This document shows positions 9,015 through 14,112 of a stretch of 14,112 nt of DNA, piece after piece; the first letter of the stretch is position 1; each line of letters starts with the position of its first letter. The position numbers and the translations under genes were made by a program. Under the pieces are notes generated by a model. It worked only from the letters and a program-made list of their open reading frames with translations. It did not search any database and was not told the origin of the DNA. Origin of the DNA: an uncultured bacterium (GTDB taxonomy: Bacteria; SAR324; NAC60-12); the NCBI GenBank assembly GCA_965662845.1, contig CBFIJD010000057.1:1-14112 (forward strand). Direction: 5' to 3'.

Positions 9015-10946
9015 TCAAGCAGAGGGTGCGGGCTTCAAACGAAACTTGTGGTTCAGATGTTCAAACTGACGCTGCAGGTCAATCACAGCTTCTTGCAACC
9101 GCTGGGCGACGGCCGCCGTCTCTTCGGAGTTGGAGGCGTTGGTCTGCGTTGTGTCGTCAATTTCGATGAGCGCGTGGGCGACGCTCTCCAGACTCTCCCG
9201 CTGATTTCCTGTCGCCAGATGAATGCTGTGGATCGCTGTGCCGATGCCTTGGACGCGCGTCTCTTGTTGTTGCGCGGCAGTGTTCGCCTCGGTGATCAGG
9301 TTTGAGACGTGTTGAAATTGCTGCAGCACCTGCTCAAACGTCGAGAGGCGTTCGCTGCTGACTTGGTTGCCATGATCAATGCGGTGGACGCTCTCTTGGA
9401 TTTTTTGTGTGATCTCTTTGGCAGCGTCTTTGGAGTTCTCTGCGAGTTTGCTCACTTCGTTGGCCACGACTGCGAAGCCTTTCCCATATTGACCGGCGCG
9501 AGCGGCTTCAATCGCTGCGTTGGTCGCCAACATCTTGGTTTGTTCGGAGATGTCGTTGATGACGCTGATGATGTCTTTGATCTCGCTGCTGCCGCTCTGC
9601 AGCTCGGTCATCACCGCTGCGATCTCTTGCAGCGCCTGCGAACCAAGCTCCATGGCGTTGCGCTCCTCATGCGCGAGCTGGGCGATTTGTCCCAAATTCT
9701 CAGAAAACGTGGCAGAGGTTTGTGCGACTTCCTGCGCTGCTTGTACGGAGTGTTCCGCTTGGTGCGCGTTGTTTTTTGCGCGTTGGGAGATGTCTTCCAT
9801 CGCAGTGCGCACTTGCTCTAGCGTTGCGGCTTGTTGATGGGCAGCGTTGGCGACGGAGATGGAGCTTTCTTGCACATGCTGCGCGATTTGACGTAGCTGC
9901 GCAATGGCGGAACCCAGCTGTTGACTCATCTGCTCGACAGCGTTCGAGAGGCCGTCTGCGTTGCGATACGTCCAGAACGTGAGACCGCTGAGCCCGAGCA
10001 AGGCTGCGATCAGGACGAGGAGTTGAGTGTGGTAAGCGCGCTCGGCCTCTGCGATCAATTGCTCGGTTTGGGACTGCATGTAGGTCGCCATCTGATCTTG
10101 CACGGACTTGATCAAGCCAATGCGCTTGGTAGACATTTCAAACCAATACTCGGCATCAACGCCAAACCCACCGTCGGTCGCCTTGTCTTGGGCGACTTGG
10201 CGCAGACGCTCAACCTCGTCTACCGGTCGCCCTCGCAGCGTTTGTTGAAACGCTTGCAGCATCTCAGTCGAGACGAATTGCTGGAAGTTGTAGAGGTAGA
10301 AGGTCTGTCCACTTAGCAGATTGATGAAGCGTTGGTACATGCCGGCGCCAAACTGGTCTCCACCGAAAGTGTTCGCCAGCGTCGCGCGTTCAATGCCGGC
10401 GCGCTCTTTGGCTTCAATCAGGTTCACATACGCCGTCATCTCGCGAATCAAGTCAGGGTCTTCGGCCTGATGGATGGCTTGAATCATGATCTCAATCAGA
10501 TTGCGAATGATGCCGGTGTAATACTTCAACTCATCCGCGACGCTGATAGAGAGGCCGTCCACGCGCTGACGAATCTGTCCCCGTTGAGCGAGTTCGCGCA
10601 GAGCCTGGTTGATTTTTTCATTCACCACCGCGCCCAGCCGCTCTTGTTCGACGCGCTCAAGCAGCGCTTGCAACTGCGCGTGTTGATCGTCGGCGAGGTC
10701 TCGCTGGCCGGGGAGCTGGGTGCGGAAGTTGGTGCCGTTGCTTCCCAAATATCCCGCCGACATCCCGCGCTCTTTTTGCAGCTCATGCACCAGCTGACTG
10801 GCGGCAATGGCTACGCGATTGAGCATCTGTAGCGTCTCGGCCTGTTGTTGCTTCTCAGACTCTTCCGAGAGACGAGAGGCCATCAGATACACCGCGGCTA
10901 AGGCAGGAATGAGCACAACGATCAACATTTGGTGAGCGACTTTCAT
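9015..10946 (-). CDS. Methyl-accepting chemotaxis protein with periplasmic NIT (nitrate/nitrite-sensing) domain, 643 aa
   Basis: Start reassigned to ATG 10946 (MKVAHQ), since the longer ORF overlaps arsR. TM1 at about aa 7-23; NIT motifs [18 protein letters not shown] and [20 protein letters not shown]2 at about aa 309-327; MCP tip [23 protein letters not shown]. Confidence 0.9.
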   Translation of the reverse strand: MKVAHQMLIVVLIPALAAVYLMASRLSEESEKQQQAETLQMLNRVAIAASQLVHELQKERGMSAGYLGSNGTNFRTQLPGQRDLADDQHAQLQALLERVEQERLGAVVNEKINQALRELAQRGQIRQRVDGLSISVADELKYYTGIIRNLIEIMIQAIHQAEDPDLIREMTAYVNLIEAKERAGIERATLANTFGGDQFGAGMYQRFINLLSGQTFYLYNFQQFVSTEMLQAFQQTLRGRPVDEVERLRQVAQDKATDGGFGVDAEYWFEMSTKRIGLIKSVQDQMATYMQSQTEQLIAEAERAYHTQLLVLIAALLGLSGLTFWTYRNADGLSNAVEQMSQQLGSAIAQLRQIAQHVQESSISVANAAHQQAATLEQVRTAMEDISQRAKNNAHQAEHSVQAAQEVAQTSATFSENLGQIAQLAHEERNAMELGSQALQEIAAVMTELQSGSSEIKDIISVINDISEQTKMLATNAAIEAARAGQYGKGFAVVANEVSKLAENSKDAAKEITQKIQESVHRIDHGNQVSSERLSTFEQVLQQFQHVSNLITEANTAAQQQETRVQGIGTAIHSIHLATGNQRESLESVAHALIEIDDTTQTNASNSEETAAVAQRLQEAVIDLQRQFEHLNHKFRLKPAPSA

Positions 10947-11084
10947 GAGGGGCCTTGAGCGAGAGGAGAGCAGACCGTGGGACCGGTCGGTAGCCGAAAG
11001 GAGTGTGAGATTGCAGAAATCGTCAGAAGAGGCAAGCGACTCACGCGCTCTGCACCCGCGCCGACGAGGGCGCAATTTCAGGAG

Positions 11085-11142
11085 TTGTTTTTCGCGTGCG
11101 GACGGATTACTGTTTTTTCTTAATTTTGTGCAAGCAAAAACA
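11085..11142 (+). promoter_or_regulatory. Putative ars promoter and ArsR operator
   Basis: TTGTTT (11085-11090), 17 nt spacer, TACTGT (11108-11113). Inverted repeat TGTTTTTTCTT (11111-11121) / AAGCAAAAACA (11132-11142), 10 of 11 positions paired, lies between the -10 box and the RBS. Confidence 0.5.
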
Positions 11143-11151
11143 AAGGAAAGC

Positions 11152-11553
11152 ATGATCACGGCAGATGTAGAATTCCAACTCACCGAGACCGCGCAGGCGT
11201 TCCGCGCCTTGTCGGAGCCCGCGCGTCTGCGAATTTTGGTGCTGCTGCGCGAAGCCGGAGAGCTGTGCAACTGCCAGATCGAAGCGGTGACGGGTTACAC
11301 GAACACCAAGATTTCGCGGCATTTGCAGGCGCTCAAACAAGCGCGGCTTCTGCAGTTTCGGCGCGAAGGCACATGGATTTTCTACTCGCTGCGAGCCCCT
11401 CAACAACCCGTCCACGCAGCACTGCAAGAGATGCTGCCGCAGATGTCGCAGTGGCATGAGGTCTTCACCCAAGACCTCGCGCGCTGGCGAGAGGTGTCCC
11501 AGCTTCCTCTGAACCAAGTCTGTTCCAACGAACCTTCCAAGGAGAACTCATGA
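11152..11553 (+). CDS. arsR: ArsR/SmtB-family arsenic-responsive repressor, 133 aa
   Basis: ATG 11152 preceded by [26 protein letters not shown] (ELCVC-type site), [16 protein letters not shown]; first gene of the ars operon. Confidence 0.9.
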   Translation: MITADVEFQLTETAQAFRALSEPARLRILVLLREAGELCNCQIEAVTGYTNTKISRHLQALKQARLLQFRREGTWIFYSLRAPQQPVHAALQEMLPQMSQWHEVFTQDLARWREVSQLPLNQVCSNEPSKENS

Positions 11554-11987
11554 GCGCTCGCATCTTGATCTTGTGCACCGGCAACTCGTGCCGCAGCCAA
11601 ATGGCAGAGACCTTTCTGCGCTACTACAACCCAGAGTTGACCGTTGAATCGGCGGGGACGCACCCTTCCCACGAAGTGCACCCGCTCGCGCGTCAGATGA
11701 TGAGCGAAGTCAACATGCCCATGACCGAAGCCTATCCCAAAAACGTGGACTCGTTTTTGGAGCAGCCGTGGGACTTTGTGATTACGGTTTGTGGTGGAGC
11801 GCAGGAAACCTGTCCGGCGTTCTTGGGCGCAGTGAAACAGCGTCAGCACATCGGCTTTGACGATCCCGCCGGCTTCACGGGGTCGGAAGCAGAGATCCTC
11901 ACAGGCTTCCGGCGCGTTCGAGACGAGATCATGGAGCGCTTCACCGCGTGGCATCGGGAACACGTCGCGGGAGGTGCCCGTGCCTGA
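11550..11987 (+). CDS. arsC: Arsenate reductase, LMW-PTPase fold (thioredoxin-coupled type)
   Basis: P-loop [12 protein letters not shown] (C9), SAGT, resolving pair C81/C88 in [21 protein letters not shown] overlap with arsR. Confidence 0.92.
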   Translation: MSARILILCTGNSCRSQMAETFLRYYNPELTVESAGTHPSHEVHPLARQMMSEVNMPMTEAYPKNVDSFLEQPWDFVITVCGGAQETCPAFLGAVKQRQHIGFDDPAGFTGSEAEILTGFRRVRDEIMERFTAWHREHVAGGARA

Positions 11988-12666
11988 GTACTTGCAAACC
12001 GAGACGTTTCGGCTGGAGGCTCCCCCAGCTCAGCTTTCGACGCACCCTCCGCGCATTCTGCTGCTGTACGGTTCCTTGCGAGAGCGCTCTTACAGCCGCT
12101 TGTTAGCCGAAGAAGCCGCGCGCATTTTGGAACACCTAGGCGCCGAGACGCGCTTCTATCATCCGCATGAGTTGCCCATCAAAGGGGCCGTGGACGAGAG
12201 CCACCCCGAAGTGCAGAAGCTACGAGAACTCTCGATTTGGTCAGAAGGACACGTCTGGAGCAGCCCTGAGATGCACGGCAACGTCACCGGCATTTTGAAG
12301 AACCAGATCGACTGGATTCCTCTCGCGAGCGGCGCGGTTCGCCCGACGCAAGGGCGCACGCTGGCGGTGATGCAGGTCTCGGGCGGGTCGCAGTCCTTCA
12401 ACGCGGTCAACACGCTGCGTATTTTGGGACGCTGGATGCGCATGTTCACGATCCCCAATCAGTCGTCGGTCCCCAAAGCCTACCAAGAGTTTGAAGAAGA
12501 CGGACGCATGAAGCCCTCTCCGCTGCGCGAGCGCGTGGTGGATGTGATGGAAGAGTTGATGCGCTTCACGTTGCTGCTGCGCGATCATCGCGAATTTTTA
12601 ACAGACCGCTACAGCGAGCGCCAAGAAGCCGCGCGCCAAGCGCAAACCGACCTGAGAAAGTTATGA
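11980..12666 (+). CDS. arsH: ArsH, NADPH-dependent FMN reductase / organoarsenical oxidase, 228 aa
   Basis: GTG 11980 after [88 protein letters not shown]. Confidence 0.95.
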   Translation: MPEYLQTETFRLEAPPAQLSTHPPRILLLYGSLRERSYSRLLAEEAARILEHLGAETRFYHPHELPIKGAVDESHPEVQKLRELSIWSEGHVWSSPEMHGNVTGILKNQIDWIPLASGAVRPTQGRTLAVMQVSGGSQSFNAVNTLRILGRWMRMFTIPNQSSVPKAYQEFEEDGRMKPSPLRERVVDVMEELMRFTLLLRDHREFLTDRYSERQEAARQAQTDLRKL

Positions 12667-13409
12667 GCACCCCGACTTCATTTTCGCAAAAACTGTGGGC
12701 AGAAGCTGTCGGCACAGCGTTACTGCTCGCGACGGTTGTCGGCTCGGGCATCATGGGCGAGAACCTCTCCCAAGGGAATGACGGCATCGCGCTGCTAGCC
12801 AATACCATCGCCACGGGCGCAATCCTTTATGTGCTGATCACGATGTTCGGGCCGGTCTCAGGGGCGCACTTCAACCCTGCGGTGACCTTCTGCTTCTGGC
12901 TCCGCAAGGAGCTGGACACCCGCTCTGCGCGCGGCTATCTGGTCGCCCAATTTGTGGGGGGAATCGTCGGTGTGATCGTGGCGCACTGGATGTTCGGCGA
13001 ACCGACGCTGGTGTTGGGGACGAAATCACGCACGGGGCTCTCGCAGTGGTTTGCCGAAGCGGTGGCGACGGGCGGGTTGCTGCTCACCATCCTGGGCTGC
13101 CTGCGCTCACGTCCCGAGAGCATCCCGACAGCGGTGGGGCTGTACATCACGGCGGGGTATTGGTTCACGGCGTCAACTTCGTTTGCGAACCCAGCGGTGA
13201 CCTTCGCGCGCTCCTTCACAGACAGCTTCGCGGGGATTCAGCCGCTGCACATGCCGCTGTTCATGGTGGCCCAGCTCTTGGGGATGGCTGCGGCGATGTG
13301 GATCGCCTCACGCATTTGGCCGGAAGAAAACACCGCCGTGAGCGAGCAGTGGCGAGTTTTGTGGCGAGCAGTGTCTCTTTCTAAAGCCGCGGGGGAGAGA
13401 ACTTCATAA
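12663..13409 (+). CDS. aqpS: MIP-family channel, AqpS-like arsenic-associated aquaporin
   Basis: Two NPA boxes ([20 protein letters not shown]); [19 protein letters not shown] and [17 protein letters not shown] segments typical of ars-operon aquaporins; ATGA overlap with arsH. Confidence 0.85.
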   Translation: MSTPTSFSQKLWAEAVGTALLLATVVGSGIMGENLSQGNDGIALLANTIATGAILYVLITMFGPVSGAHFNPAVTFCFWLRKELDTRSARGYLVAQFVGGIVGVIVAHWMFGEPTLVLGTKSRTGLSQWFAEAVATGGLLLTILGCLRSRPESIPTAVGLYITAGYWFTASTSFANPAVTFARSFTDSFAGIQPLHMPLFMVAQLLGMAAAMWIASRIWPEENTAVSEQWRVLWRAVSLSKAAGERTS

Positions 13410-13531
13410 TTTTGGACGGCAACCTGCCGCAGCAACCGAGGGCTCTGTGTCTCAAGACGGGGTTTTCGAGCGCTGGCTGACTTGCGAAGGGGCGAGCGTT
13501 TTTGGGAGGGAGCGTGCCGTATGGGGAGGTG

Positions 13532-13559
13532 TCGCGATCTCAGCAGATTGAAATCGCGA
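13532..13559. terminator. Stem-loop between the convergent aquaporin and miniprotein genes
   Basis: TCGCGATcTCA-gcagat-TGAaATCGCGA, 10 of 11 pairs, 19 nt beyond the miniprotein stop; no clear U-tract. Confidence 0.4.
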
Positions 13560-13578
13560 GGAGCTGACAAATGGGAAA

Positions 13579-13812
13579 TTAGCGCTGGCTGTGGCGGGCT
13601 TCGAGGGCAGCGTTGCGGCGAGAGCGGTAGAAGCGCAGACCTCCCCAAACGGCGAGCACGACCGCTGCGCCAACATATTCGTAGCCATTGAGCGGGTGCC
13701 ACAGCCACGCATACGCGTCGCCCGCGTGAGAGTGAATGCCTTCGTGGGCGAAAACCGAAGAAGCGACGACGGCGCTGCCCAAAAGACTTCCAAGTGTTGC
13801 GATGAGTTTCAT
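13579..13812 (-). CDS. 77-aa exported/membrane His-rich miniprotein resembling the HupE/UreJ N-terminus
   Basis: ATG 13812 with GGAG 7 nt upstream. MKLIATLGSLLGSAVVASSVFA (signal peptide, cleavage after VFA), HEGIHSHAGDAYAWLWHPLNGYEY, hydrophobic VGAAVVLAVWGGL, basic tail RFYRSRR. Hairpin downstream of the stop. Confidence 0.65.
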   Translation of the reverse strand: MKLIATLGSLLGSAVVASSVFAHEGIHSHAGDAYAWLWHPLNGYEYVGAAVVLAVWGGLRFYRSRRNAALEARHSQR

Positions 13813-13893
13813 TCGATGCTCCAAAAAAATGCGAATTATTGAGTCGTGCGCGGTAACTTTGCTTCCAAAATCGGAATCTGTAACTCCCACGCC

Positions 13894-13908
13894 TGATAAT
13901 GGGTATCA
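13894..13908. promoter_or_regulatory. Fur-family-like 7-1-7 box upstream of the miniprotein
   Basis: TGATAAT-G-GGTATCA matches TGATAAT-N-ATTATCA at 12 of 14 positions; about 80 nt upstream of ATG 13812; overlaps minus-strand TTGATA (possible -35). Confidence 0.5.
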
Positions 13909-14112
13909 AATCGCAGCGCACAAACCAAGGGTGAATCCTAGACAGCGAAGGCGCCCGCGACGACGTCTGCCAGAGGCACGACCCGAGCTCCTCGGTCTCG
14001 CCGCACCAACGCCACCGCGCCTCGGTTGTGAAAACTCTCCCAATGCGCCGCAGCCACCTCGACGCAAAGGTTGCCTCGACGGAGAGTAGGCTACCCCGCG
14101 TCAACGGCGCTG

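Noticed and set aside
10945..11270. N-terminal extensions of the MCP (to 11270) and ArsR (from 10945) in the ORF track
   Set aside because: They overlap each other and the divergent promoter region. ATG 10946 puts TM1 at the N-terminus and ATG 11152 has a clear RBS.
11857..11979. Longer ArsH start
   Set aside because: Overlaps arsC by about 130 nt; GTG 11980 has GGAGG and gives a typical ArsH length.
13325..13409. Aquaporin C-terminal tail as a fused domain or frameshift product
   Set aside because: Only about 28 aa with no motif or Cys; cannot be distinguished from ordinary tail variation without homologues.
13853..13868. Sigma54 promoter-like TGGAAG-N5-TTAC on the minus strand
   Set aside because: The near-invariant -12 GC is AC and the -24 element is imperfect.
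13813..14112. Cobalamin or NiCo riboswitch upstream of the HupE/UreJ-like miniprotein
   Set aside because: Expected from context, but I could not see the conserved cobalamin elements (GGGAA, GCCACTG, B12 box) or a NiCo four-way junction. An Infernal/Rfam scan would settle it.
13238..14112. ORFs 13238-14104 (-), 13452-13793 (-), 13736-14089 (+), a possible gene end at TAG 14091 (-), and short CCTCGGT/CCTCGACG repeats
   Set aside because: Arg/Pro/Ser-rich non-protein-like composition, overlap with better-supported genes, too little sequence at the edge, and repeats too short and irregular for an array.

Overview
Bacterial window with three modules. (1) 1-8693, minus strand: a glycerol catabolism/uptake cluster. 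It runs glpD, a SorC/LsrR-family repressor, then glpS-glpT-glpP-glpQ-glpU-glpV (Rhizobium-type carbohydrate ABC importer; glpV is cut by the left edge). The promoter regions of glpD and glpS share an imperfect ~40 bp repeat centred on a CATTTG-W-CAAATG palindrome that overlaps a TTGACA -35 box. (2) 9015-10946, minus strand: an orphan chemoreceptor with a NIT sensor domain, no room for a HAMP domain, a symmetrically lengthened signalling hairpin and a non-canonical tip. It is transcribed divergently from module 3. (3) 11152-13409, plus strand: a translationally coupled arsR-arsC-arsH-aquaporin (AqpS-like) operon with no ArsB/Acr3 pump. At the right end is a 77-aa His-rich membrane miniprotein resembling only the N-terminus of HupE/UreJ, downstream of a Fur-family-like box. 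No mobile element, CRISPR array or RNA gene is supported. Most genes belong to known families; the best novelty candidates are the chemoreceptor architecture, the SorC-family glp regulator with its operator, and the miniprotein. All family calls come from motif recognition, not database searches.
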